A stretch of DNA of 31,809 nt from positions 1-31,809 of the forward strand of contig JBDHHQ010000051.1 of NCBI GenBank assembly GCA_039589315.1. The letters are read 5' to 3'. The translations under genes and the position numbers were made by a program. The notes below the pieces were generated by a model, which was not told where the DNA came from, did not search any database, and saw only the letters and a program-made list of their open reading frames with translations. Below, piece by piece: positions 1 through 9,200 of the stretch. How positions within the stretch are numbered: position 1 is the first letter of the stretch; each line of letters starts with the position of its first letter. The stretch comes from Gemmatimonadota bacterium (GTDB lineage: Bacteria; Gemmatimonadota; Gemmatimonadetes; Longimicrobiales; Gaopeijiaceae).

Positions 1-267
1 CGCGCCGATGTGTACGTGCGCGTCGATGAGACCCGGAAGGATCGTATAGCCGGAGAGATCGTAGACCTGACCGCCCGTGGGGACCGCGCCGCCGGAACGG
101 ACCTGGTTGATCTCATTCCCCCGGACCACGATGACCGGATTCGGAATGGGGTCTCCGTTGCCGTCCACCGCCTGACCGGCCGTCAGGACCACGTCGGTCC
201 ACTGTCCAGATACAGCGGCCGCGAGCCCGAGGAGAAGGAGCGAGCACTGTGACAAGGCCTTGATCAT
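1..267 (-). CDS. Exported metal-dependent amidohydrolase, N-terminal part (runs off window)
   Basis: Not in the ORF track; translated by hand from ATG at 267 (RBS CAGGAGA upstream): MIKALSQCSLLLLGLAAAVSGQWTDVVLTAGQAVDGNG...YDLSGYTILPGLIDAHVHIGA. Signal peptide and PGLIDxHxH metal-binding motif. Confidence 0.9.
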   Translation of the reverse strand, partial: MIKALSQCSLLLLGLAAAVSGQWTDVVLTAGQAVDGNGDPIPNPVIVVRGNEINQVRSGGAVPTGGQVYDLSGYTILPGLIDAHVHIGA

Positions 268-320
268 GGGACGTCTCCTGAATGGAAAGCGTAGGTGCGA
301 GGTCTTGCGAGCCACGGTCG

Positions 321-1583
321 TCAGGTCCGCGGTCGGGCCTCCGCCTCGGGCTTCCGGTAGATCTCCCCGTCCTTCATCACGAACACCACGTTCATCAGGG
401 ACTTGATGTCCGTCAGCGGATTCCCCCGAACGGCAATCACGTCCGCGAGCATCCCCTCCTGCAGGTCGCCGCGATCGTCCACCATCAACACCTCCGCGGC
501 GAGAGTGGTGGCGCTGATGATGGCATCCCGCTCCGATTGGCCGGCCACGTTGCGCCGCTGGAACTCGAGTGCCGTGTTGCCCTCCCAGAGCCACCCTCGG
601 TTGGCATCCGTGCCGAACACGATCTTCACCCCCTTCTCCACGGCCGTCGTGAAGACGGCCGTCCGGGGCGGGAGAAAGTCCCGTGTGAACTCGATCGCCG
701 CGCCGGAGTAGCCCATCTCCTCCGCGTGGGCGATGTAGTACTCGCCCAGAAAGAGATTGGGCGAGTAGTACGTCCCATGCTCGACCATGAGATCCATGGC
801 CGCTTCGTCCATCAACGCCCCGTGCTCGATGGTCCGGGCGCCGGCGAGGACGGCACGCCGTACGCCCTCGGCTGCATGTGCGTGAGCCGACACGGGTTTG
901 CTTTGCCTGCGGGCCTCGTCCATGAACCAGTTGAGCTGCTCCTGTGAATACAGGGGAGTGCCGCCCACGCGGCTGCTCCGGGTCGCCAGGACCTTGACCC
1001 AGTCCACCCCGGCCGCGGCTTTCCCGCGGACCCATGTGCGGATCTCGCGCTCGCTGGCCGGCCGCTCCCCCGCCGCGACCCGCGGCCCCTCCGCGCCCGC
1101 GAGGATGTCGTCGCGCGCCCACTCACTCGAGACCTGGAGTCTCGGACCGGGCACCAGCCCCTCGTCGATGGCGTCGCGCAGGTCCACGGCGGCAAAATCG
1201 GACCCGCCCAGGCTTCGAACGGTGGTGAAGCCGTGCATGAGCACGCTCTCGGAGTTCCGGGCTCCATACAGCGCGAGCTTGGGACGGGCCGCTCCGGGCT
1301 CGAAGTTGGCCGTGATGTGCACGTGAGCATCGATCAGCCCCGGCATGATCGTGTAACCCGTCAGGTCGACCACTTCGGAGCCGGAGGGGATGTTCCCGCC
1401 CGAGCTCACCGAGGCGATCGTGTTGCCCCGAATGACGATCACGGGGTTCTGGAGGACATTGCCCTGACCGTCGACGGCCATGTCAGCGACGAGGACGACG
1501 TCGCCCTGGGCTTCGGCGCCGGCCGGCACGAAGAGCAGCATCATCGTGACCAACGCGAGCGCTTGGAGGATCAGCCTGTTCAT
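321..1583 (-). CDS. Exported amidohydrolase family protein (prolidase-like subgroup)
   Basis: Start MNRLILQ with RBS CAGGAGA and signal peptide. Binuclear metal ligands all present: PGLIDAHVH, WVKV, AHAH, IEHG, GTD; C-terminal G-x-x-ADVIAV-x-GNP. Confidence 0.92.
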   Translation of the reverse strand: MNRLILQALALVTMMLLFVPAGAEAQGDVVLVADMAVDGQGNVLQNPVIVIRGNTIASVSSGGNIPSGSEVVDLTGYTIMPGLIDAHVHITANFEPGAARPKLALYGARNSESVLMHGFTTVRSLGGSDFAAVDLRDAIDEGLVPGPRLQVSSEWARDDILAGAEGPRVAAGERPASEREIRTWVRGKAAAGVDWVKVLATRSSRVGGTPLYSQEQLNWFMDEARRQSKPVSAHAHAAEGVRRAVLAGARTIEHGALMDEAAMDLMVEHGTYYSPNLFLGEYYIAHAEEMGYSGAAIEFTRDFLPPRTAVFTTAVEKGVKIVFGTDANRGWLWEGNTALEFQRRNVAGQSERDAIISATTLAAEVLMVDDRGDLQEGMLADVIAVRGNPLTDIKSLMNVVFVMKDGEIYRKPEAEARPRT

Positions 1584-1618
1584 GCTGCCGTCTCCTGTTC
1601 CGAATGCGAATGATGGAC

Positions 1619-2134
1619 TCAATCCCCGTACTGCGGATCGAGGACGTAGATCTCTCCCTGCTCGATCCGAACCGGGAAGCGGAGGAGTGCCGCGGGAGGA
1701 GGCCCCGCCAACACGCTCCCGCTCCGGTCGAACTCCCCTCCGTGACAAGGGCAGAGGAAGACGCGGCGTTCCGCGCTCCACGTGAGGAAGCACCCTTCGT
1801 GCGTGCACATCCCGGAAACGGCTGTCACCTCGTTTTCGAGGCGCAAGAGCAGAAGCGGAAGGCCGTAGTAGCTGGACTGCAGCACGACTCCCTCGACCAG
1901 GTCCTGGGCGTTGCCCACGTGGAGTCCCTCCTGCCGTGCGCTGCGGCCAGGTCCGGAACGACTCGCCCCGAGAGAGAGAAGCGCTGCAGCTCCACCCAGG
2001 ATCGCCAGGACCTGGCGCCGGGTGGCGGACGGCGGATCGGTGCAGGCGGCCGGCGCCTCCGCGCTGCCCCGGATCGGCCCGACAGGCTCAGGTCCGGGGT
2101 CGTCCGCAGGTCCGGGCCGCGAGAGGTCGCTCAT
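1619..2134 (-). CDS. Tat-exported Rieske [2Fe-2S] protein
   Basis: CTHEGC and CPCHGG Rieske boxes, GPPP loop, TRRQVL twin-arginine motif followed by a hydrophobic stretch; ATG overlaps the upstream stop (ATGA). Confidence 0.9.
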   Translation of the reverse strand: MSDLSRPGPADDPGPEPVGPIRGSAEAPAACTDPPSATRRQVLAILGGAAALLSLGASRSGPGRSARQEGLHVGNAQDLVEGVVLQSSYYGLPLLLLRLENEVTAVSGMCTHEGCFLTWSAERRVFLCPCHGGEFDRSGSVLAGPPPAALLRFPVRIEQGEIYVLDPQYGD

Positions 2135-2709
2135 CGAGACCACGGCAGGACCAGGCGAAACAGCTGGAGCACGACCCCGTCGCCCGGCGTCGGCGGAGTC
2201 GTGCTCGTGTTTCCCCCGGACTTGCTGAACGCCGAGAGGGCGGCGATGGCGGCCACCGCGCCGACCGCCCCCAGTACGGCACCCGTCCTGACTTGGTCGA
2301 TGCTGCGCCGCTCCACGTCCAACAGGTCCTGGGTTCGGAGGTCCAGTCGCTGGCTCAGGCCTTCCTGTCGGAAGCCGGACTGCCCGGTCTCGATTGCGAC
2401 GTCCAGGAGAAAGTCGTCCTCCTCGAGGCCGGCGAAGGTGCCCTCCATCTCACGGTCGACGGCCATCACCGAGTCGGCCCGGGCGATGGCCTCGGTCGTG
2501 ACGCGCACCCGTACCTCCTCGCCGGGCGCTAGCTCCGCAAGGCTGACGGGCTGATAGACGTAACAACCGTGGAGAAGGGGCAGGCAAAGGGCGACGAGCC
2601 CGGGCGCAAAGCGAACGGCGCGCACCACGCCGTGGCCGGCCGCGGACCTGCGACGCGGGCGCCCTCGCCTCGAGGGATTCGGCCACATCAACTGGGGTCG
2701 ACGGCTCAT
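2131..2709 (-). CDS. Hypothetical lipoprotein / membrane protein
   Basis: ATGA overlap with the M20 gene stop; hydrophobic segment ending in LLHGC (lipobox-like); C-terminal hydrophobic helix. The true start could be further downstream. Confidence 0.7.
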   Translation of the reverse strand: MSRRPQLMWPNPSRRGRPRRRSAAGHGVVRAVRFAPGLVALCLPLLHGCYVYQPVSLAELAPGEEVRVRVTTEAIARADSVMAVDREMEGTFAGLEEDDFLLDVAIETGQSGFRQEGLSQRLDLRTQDLLDVERRSIDQVRTGAVLGAVGAVAAIAALSAFSKSGGNTSTTPPTPGDGVVLQLFRLVLPWSR

Positions 2710-4016
2710 TGGTCGCTCCGCGGCGTCGAGACATCGGCCTCGGCCAGCACGATCAACAGCGCCTTCCTCGCCGCTGCCGCCGTGCCCTCGAGAACGATCC
2801 ATTCATCCAGCGAGTGGGCGCCCTGGCTGCGGCCACCTTTTCCGATCGTGACGGCCGGGACCCCCAACGAGATGGGGATGTTGGAGTTCGTCGAGCCGGA
2901 CCCCAACACCGGCTCCACTCCGACGTATCTCGTCGCTGCGACAGCCCTTTGCACCAGGGCCGTCTCCTCGGCCACGCTCCCGGAGGGTCGGCGACCAACG
3001 GATGCGACCTCCACGTCCATCTCGTCACCCTGCCGCCGTAGGTCGTTCTGCCCCGCGAGCCCCCTGTCGACGGCCTCGATGAGCAGACCCTCGATATGGT
3101 CCAGCCTTTCCGGGCTCAGGGATCGCATGTCCACTTCCATCCATGACTCGAACGGGATGGAATTGATGGACGTGCCACCGCCGATTCTGCCGATGTTGTA
3201 GCTGGTCTTCGTGCCCTCACGGGTGTATGGGTCCGCGGCCTCCACGAAGTGATGGATCATCCGCGCGAGAGCGTGATGTGGGTTCGCCAACCCGAACGCG
3301 CCCCAGGAGTGGCCTCCCGGTCCACGAACCGTGATCCGATAGCGGTATGAGCCGACCGCCTGATGAGCCACGCGGCTCGCGTCTCCTCCGTCGACCGCGA
3401 TCCAACTGTCGATCTCGGGACCACCCGGTCGGAACAGGTGCTTGACGCCGCGCAGATCCCCCAGGCCCTCTTCGCCTACCGTAGCGGTGATCAGGACGTC
3501 GCCTTCGGTCTGGATATCCGCCGCCTCCAGCGCCCGAAGCACGGTGAGCACGAGAACGAGGCCCTGCGTATCGTCACCCACCCCCGGCGCGAGGAGCGTA
3601 TCGCCGCGCACCCGCACGGAAACGTCGGTGCCCTCCGGGAACACGGTATCCAGATGCGCATCGATCGCCACTGTGCGGTCTCCGGACCTGCCCCGCCGAA
3701 GGGACAAGACGTTGCCGATGTCGTCGGTCCAGACCGAGTCGGCCCCGGCCTGTCGCAACATCTCGGCGTAGGCCCTGGCTCGCTCCGTCTCCATGAACGG
3801 AGGCGCCGGGATCTCGGTCAGCGTGATGAGGTCGGCCCGGCCCTGGTCCTGCAGACTGTCTATCGCCTGAAACGCTGCGCGGACATCGGACCGCTCGCCG
3901 ATCCCCCGGATCTCGGCGTCGTAGTCTGGTGCCTGACCCCCAAGGGGGGAGGTGATTCCGGCAATGAGGACCGATCCGGTCAAGAGGATTCGCGTCCCGG
4001 AGAAGGTAGGGACCAT
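2706..4016 (-). CDS. Exported M20/M25/M40 family metallopeptidase
   Basis: RBS GAGGAG before ATG 4016; signal peptide; motifs AHLDTVF, GVGDD, GEEG, VDG, GGHSW, AHSLDE. Confidence 0.92.
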   Translation of the reverse strand: MVPTFSGTRILLTGSVLIAGITSPLGGQAPDYDAEIRGIGERSDVRAAFQAIDSLQDQGRADLITLTEIPAPPFMETERARAYAEMLRQAGADSVWTDDIGNVLSLRRGRSGDRTVAIDAHLDTVFPEGTDVSVRVRGDTLLAPGVGDDTQGLVLVLTVLRALEAADIQTEGDVLITATVGEEGLGDLRGVKHLFRPGGPEIDSWIAVDGGDASRVAHQAVGSYRYRITVRGPGGHSWGAFGLANPHHALARMIHHFVEAADPYTREGTKTSYNIGRIGGGTSINSIPFESWMEVDMRSLSPERLDHIEGLLIEAVDRGLAGQNDLRRQGDEMDVEVASVGRRPSGSVAEETALVQRAVAATRYVGVEPVLGSGSTNSNIPISLGVPAVTIGKGGRSQGAHSLDEWIVLEGTAAAARKALLIVLAEADVSTPRSDQ

Positions 4017-4336
4017 CGAGACTCCTCGTGCGAAGGTCATCTACTCGCTCGCGCAATGGCGGCCCCGGTGAGTGGAGCACTCGACGGGCGGGAGCCACGT
4101 CGTCGTCCATCCAGAAGCGTCGCCGTATTCGGAGCGCCGCTCTGTTTCGTCCGTTCGCGGCAGATGAGGAGCCGGGCGGACCAGCAGCACGCCGGACGCG
4201 GCAACATAGGCGGGCGCCCTGCGAACGATCAACCCGATCCCGAGCCGGCATGCGAGTCGAAGTCGAGAGGCCTGTCACAGTCCCCGGCCCGTCCTCTCCA
4301 TGGTCCCTTGAGAGGCGGACCGTTCGTGACCCCGGA

Positions 4337-4381
4337 TTCCTCCTTTTCCCGACAGACACCACGGACAGAATGCCATAAGCT
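4337..4381 (+). promoter_or_regulatory. Shared promoter element, copy 1
   Basis: TTCCTCCTTTTCCCGACAGACA (4337-4358, identical to 14832-14853); ACAGAC is followed after 18 nt by TAAGCT (4376-4381). Confidence 0.65.
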
Positions 4382-4464
4382 GAGGGTGGGCCATTGGACT
4401 TGGGCCCAGGTGGGTGCGGAGCCCAGCCGATGGTCATGCACGGACACTCGGTACGGAGGGTATC

Positions 4465-5024
4465 ATGAAGCCCACGCTCAGACTGCTTGCGGCCGCACCG
4501 CTGCTCTTCGTCTTGGCTTGCGACGGATCCACGGACTCGCCCGTCGGACCGGGCGCCGCAGTCACGGGGCCCTCGCACCAGGCCATGACCGGAGTGCTGC
4601 AATCCGTCACCGGAACGGCCATCGAGGTGAGGTGTGGTTGACGTACAGCTTCCACGCCATCCGGAAGGCGGACGGCGACGTTGACGGTCATTTCCAGGTC
4701 CGGAGACATCCACTGGGAACGCCGGGCTCTCGGCAACACGTACGCATCATCTGCTTCAGCATCGAGGGTAACCAAGCCTGGCTGGGAGGTATTCGGGATC
4801 ATACCGCCGCCGGCACCAACGAAGGTGAGTGGACGGGGATCAGCGTGGTGGACAATGGCGAGGGCCCCAACGCGCCGCCGGATCTCATCGCCGGTATGAT
4901 CCGAAACACGGGTGGCGACGAACCTGCCGAAGACTTCGCGATGGCGTACTGCGCGAACAAGGTGCTGGTCGACCCTCAGGTGCTTCGCCCGGTGGAGGCT
5001 GGGAACATCCAGATTCGCCCGTGA
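4465..5024 (+). pseudogene. Hypothetical lipoprotein with a single-base frameshift near 4614 (pseudogene or sequencing error)
   Basis: RBS GGAGG, then MKPTLRLLAAAPLLFVLAC (signal peptide and lipobox); this frame stops at 4641. Adding one A to GGAAC at 4612-4616 gives QSVTG-NGHRGEVWLTYSFHA...VVDNGEG...GNIQIRP, the protein-like C-terminus of ORF 3363..5024. Confidence 0.75.
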
Positions 5025-5052
5025 GGGATCTTCGGGCCTCCACCCCCCCGGC

Positions 5053-5083
5053 CGAGCGGGGAGCGTGACGGGCCGCTCGCTTT
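5053..5083 (+). terminator. Possible intrinsic terminator
   Basis: CGAGCGG/CCGCTCG stem followed by CTTT downstream of the lipoprotein gene; the T tract is short. Confidence 0.3.
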
Positions 5084-5195
5084 ACAGCGTCCTCGGTCTG
5101 TAGGATCTTGAACGCCGCTCGCTCGAACGGTCCACCAGGGGGGGCCACTGGCCTCCACCGACACCGCAGTTATGTCCCAGCCAGAGTGAGGGAGC

Positions 5196-6194
5196 ATGTC
5201 CGACAAAGAACGAAAGGCCGTAACGCTGGCGGACGACGCCTTCCACTTTCCCGCCTTCAAGACGAACCCGCACTCGTTCTGGTACACTGAGTGGTGGTAT
5301 TTCAACCTACTCGATCCGGAGACCAACATGGCGGCGGAAGTCACCTTCGCCGTGTTCAATCCCGGGAACAAGTTCCCCCTCGGAGTCGCCAGCCTCAACT
5401 CGATCGTGGTCGTTCCGGGCGAGAGCCCGGTGGTCAAGATGGACTATTACGGGCTGGGCAACTTCTCCGCCTCAACCCAACGGGCGGATGTGGAGATCGC
5501 GGGGCATCGAATCACGGTGGTGGACGAGCGGACCTACCAGATCCAGGCCGAGAGCAAGGACGGGCAGCTGGGATTCGACCTGACCTTCCATCAGGCTGAC
5601 AGCCCCCAGTACCTGGTGGACGACATGCCCGGCCACGATTGGGAGCTCACCAGCTGGCTCCTCTACATGCCCTCGGCCCGGGTGGACGGAACGGTGAGGG
5701 TGGGCAAGCGCGAGTTCCCCGTTCAGAACGCGACCGGCTACCACGATCACGACTGGGGCGTCTGGGAGGTGTGGAAGCGCTCATGGTCTTGGGCGGACGT
5801 GGCCGTGCCGGATCAGGAATTCGGGTTCGTCCTGGCCGAGAAGGGCGCGTTTTCGCGCTCGATTGCATACGTGCGCTATGGAGATATCCGGCTGAGCCTG
5901 CCCGACGACAAGTGCAACTTTCGCCAGTCGCGGTGGAAGCGGTGGGGGTTCTTCTGGAAATACCCGGCCAGGCTCGACTTCGAGGGAGAGAGCGCCGACG
6001 GCCGATACCGGCTCGTGATGTCCTGGAAGGTCAACGACACGGCCACGCTCTGGCAATACCCGCTCATCGTGTTCGAGCAGACGGCCGCCTTCACGGGCTC
6101 CCTCTATGAGCGCGATGAGGAGTCCGGGGTGTGGAAGCGCCTGGTGGACATCGACCAACAAGGTCTCTGCGAAGCGACCTCGCGCTGGCTCTGA
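5196..6194 (+). CDS. CrtC/AttH/tocopherol-cyclase-like (lipocalin-like beta-barrel) protein
   Basis: RBS GAGGGAG; YTEWWYFN and GYHDHDWG motifs typical of this superfamily; very Trp-rich; no obvious signal peptide. Confidence 0.72.
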   Translation: MSDKERKAVTLADDAFHFPAFKTNPHSFWYTEWWYFNLLDPETNMAAEVTFAVFNPGNKFPLGVASLNSIVVVPGESPVVKMDYYGLGNFSASTQRADVEIAGHRITVVDERTYQIQAESKDGQLGFDLTFHQADSPQYLVDDMPGHDWELTSWLLYMPSARVDGTVRVGKREFPVQNATGYHDHDWGVWEVWKRSWSWADVAVPDQEFGFVLAEKGAFSRSIAYVRYGDIRLSLPDDKCNFRQSRWKRWGFFWKYPARLDFEGESADGRYRLVMSWKVNDTATLWQYPLIVFEQTAAFTGSLYERDEESGVWKRLVDIDQQGLCEATSRWL

Positions 6195-6255
6195 GCTCAG
6201 CGCCTCGGCTCACAGGTCTACTCGGGTGCGGAAGGTGACAGACGAGCCCGACCGC

Positions 6256-9200
6256 TCACCCGTCTGAGTCCGGGGCGAGGCGAACCCCGAGAACCTTGTC
6301 CGCGAGCTGCCAGAACGCGTCATTGGGTTTCGACGGATCGTCAGCCGTGGCCAGCTCGGGCCGTATCGCCTCGAGGAAGTACATCTCCAACTCGCCTCGG
6401 TTCTTCACCTCCATCCGCCCTCGGTAGCGGGTCTCGAAGAACGGGTCCACCAGATCGCGGGTGTCCTTGGACAGGTTCACCTGACCGGCCACTCCCGCGG
6501 ACTCCATGCGCGAGGCCACGTTGACCGCATCGCCCCAGACATCGAACGCAGGTCGCGTGCGACCGATGACGCCGGCCATCACGTGCCCCGAGTGGATGCC
6601 AATGCGCACCTGCCAGGGGCTCCCACCGCCGTCCTCCCCATCGTTCTCCACACGCATGAAGTCGCGGATCTCGAGGGCAGTCAGGCAGGCGTCGATGGCG
6701 TGGGTGGCGCTCGGCGACGGCACCCCTCCCGCGCACATGTACGAGTCACCGATCGTCTTGATCTTCTCCATGCGGTGGAGATCGCAGATGTCGTCGAACC
6801 TGAGGAAGAGTCGATCCAGCTCGGCCACGAGGTGTATCGGATCCATGCTCTGGGCGTAGCTCGTGAAGCTCACGAAGTCGGAGAACAGCACCGTCGCGCT
6901 GTCGAAGCGGAGTGGCTCGAAGCGGCCGTGGGCCTTCAGATCCTCGGCAACCGAGCCCGGAAGGATGCTGAACAGCAGGTCGTCCGCCTTCTGCCGCTGC
7001 CGATCGGCCTCCGCCCGGGCCAGCTCCAGATCCCGAGTCCGCTCCTCCACTTGCTGCTCGAGGTTCTCGTAGAGAAAGGCGTTCTGCAGCGAGATGGTCG
7101 CCTGGGCGGTCAGCGTCTTCAACACAGCGAGGCGATCGGGCGTGAACGCGTCCCGCGCGCGGTTGTTCTCCAGATAGAGGATGGCGGCCAGCTCCTCGCG
7201 GCGCATCACCGGCACGCAGAGCAGCGACAGCGGCCGCTGTTCCTGGATGTAGGGATCACTCTGGAAACGCGGATCGGCGCCGGCGTCCCCCAACACCACG
7301 TCCTCCTTGAGTCGGGCCACGAGGTTCACCACTGCACGAGAAAGCAGCCGCGTCTCGTCCACGGGCTGTTTGACGCTCTCGGCTTCCAGGTCCGCGTCGA
7401 CCGAGGCTCCGGCCTCGATCTGCAGGGCCCCACCGCGCTCCACGATGAAGAAGCCCCGCTGGGCTCCGGCGTTCTCCATGGCCACGGCGAGAACACGCCG
7501 GATGAGCTCCTCGACGTTGATCTCACGGGAGATGGCTTGGGCGGACTTGATCACGGAGTGGGCGTCCAGGTCGGTGGCGCCCTCCGCCGATCCGGAGCGC
7601 CGCCGTGAACGCACGGCCTCCAGCCCCGCCAGTCGCTCCAGCAGCTCGTCGAACTCCTCGGTCAGAAGGCCCACCTTCGCATCCGCTCCCCACCGTCCGT
7701 AGAGCCGGATGGCCGTGGCCAGATGGACGGCGCCGGCCTGTGGGTCGGCCAGCGAGAGGTACAGTCTCCCAATCAGCTCCTCGCCGAGGGCTTCGTCGGG
7801 CAGGCTCTCGGCCTCCCGGGCCAGGGCGATGCCGTACTCGAACAACCTGACGGCCTCCCATGCGTCCCCCTCTACCCGTGTCCGCTCGGCGTCCACCAGA
7901 GCATGCCAGCGCGCGTAGTTCATCGGAGCCCAGCGCGACCAGCGCCTCAATCGTCGCTGGTTCTTGGCCACCTTGCGGAGCGCGAGCCGACGGTCGGCCC
8001 CCTCGAGGCCGGGGATCAGGGCCAGGAGTGCCAGCGACTCGTAATGCCGTGCGAACGGGAGGTAGGACTGGCCCGCCAGGTTGTCCTCGTACGGCACGAG
8101 GCGCCGCGCGTGATCCACGGCCTGCTCGGGAGCGCCCAGGAGGTAGTTGCGCATGATGCCGAACACGTGAGCATACGACAGCGACACCCGGTCCCGGACG
8201 CTCTCCCAACGCTCCAGGTAGGGCGCCAGGTCGGCGTCGGGGAGCCCCGCAGGCTCCGGAGCGTCCGGACGCGTCCGCAGCGCCCGTAGGTTGTCGCAGA
8301 GCAGAAGCAGAAGTCCGCTCGCCTTGTCCTGCTTCACGCGCACCGCGGACTCGTAGTGGACGGTCACCTTCGCGCTGAGCCGATCCAGCGGCTCACCGGT
8401 GAAGAAGCAGTGGGAAGAGTAGAACAGCTTGCAGTACGAGGCATACTCGTAATCACCGTTCTCCATGCCCTTGCTGGCACCCTCGAGGAGGTGATCGAGC
8501 GTGTCCCGCAAATCCTCTTTCCAGTGTCGGACGAAGAGGTTGAACAGGTGGGCGGTCTTGGCCCTGAGGTCCTCGGCCTCGAACCGGTCCACCACGTCCA
8601 GCGAAAGCCGCCCGAAGGCGTATCCGCGGTCGACCAGTCCCACGACCCCGCAGAAGATCAGGCCATAGCACCCGTATCCGAACGCCGAGAGCGGCGAGTT
8701 CCCATAGCGAACGGACAGCTGGACCATCTTGAACACGATCAACGGAAAGAGGTCGGCGTGGACGTAGTACGCCCCCGAGGCGATGGCCATGAGGATTCGC
8801 ATGGTCGCCAGCTTGCTCTGATCGGCCATGGCCGGCAGGTCGAGCAGCGAAGCCACGTTCCGGCCGCGCAGGAGCGCCACCGTACGGGCCAGGCCAACGG
8901 CGACGGCGGCCTTGCCCGGACGCGCGGGTAACGGGTCCCCGAGCAACGCCAGCACCCTGAGGCCCGTGTCCACGGCCTCCGGATACCGGATCTCGTCGTG
9001 GTACCGCTGGATGCGGAGCTCGTAGACCGGCACGGCGTCGAGAACCGAGCGGGCCTTGTCCAGGATCACGTCACCCGTGGTGTCCATCAATTCGAAATCG
9101 CCTGACAGGTAGGCGATCTCCGACTGCTCGAGGTGGAGCCCGAGGGCCAGATCGTACTGTTCGCTCCAGCCCTCCGGTCCGATCAGCTCCAGCCCCAGCG

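Noticed and set aside
4041..4232. 63-aa minus-strand ORF upstream of the M20 peptidase
   Set aside because: No RBS, no motif and atypical composition.
3363..5024. 553-aa + strand ORF as one real protein
   Set aside because: Its first 400 or so codons are antisense to the M20 gene or intergenic and read as low-complexity Arg/Gly/Pro; only the part after about 4615 looks protein-like.
5096..5104. CCTACAGAC on the minus strand as a fifth promoter copy
   Set aside because: No pyrimidine box, no TANNNT at 18 nt, and it points antisense into a gene end.
6237..6244. GACAGACG between convergent genes as a promoter copy
   Set aside because: Only the short core matches; no -10 hexamer and no downstream gene on that strand.
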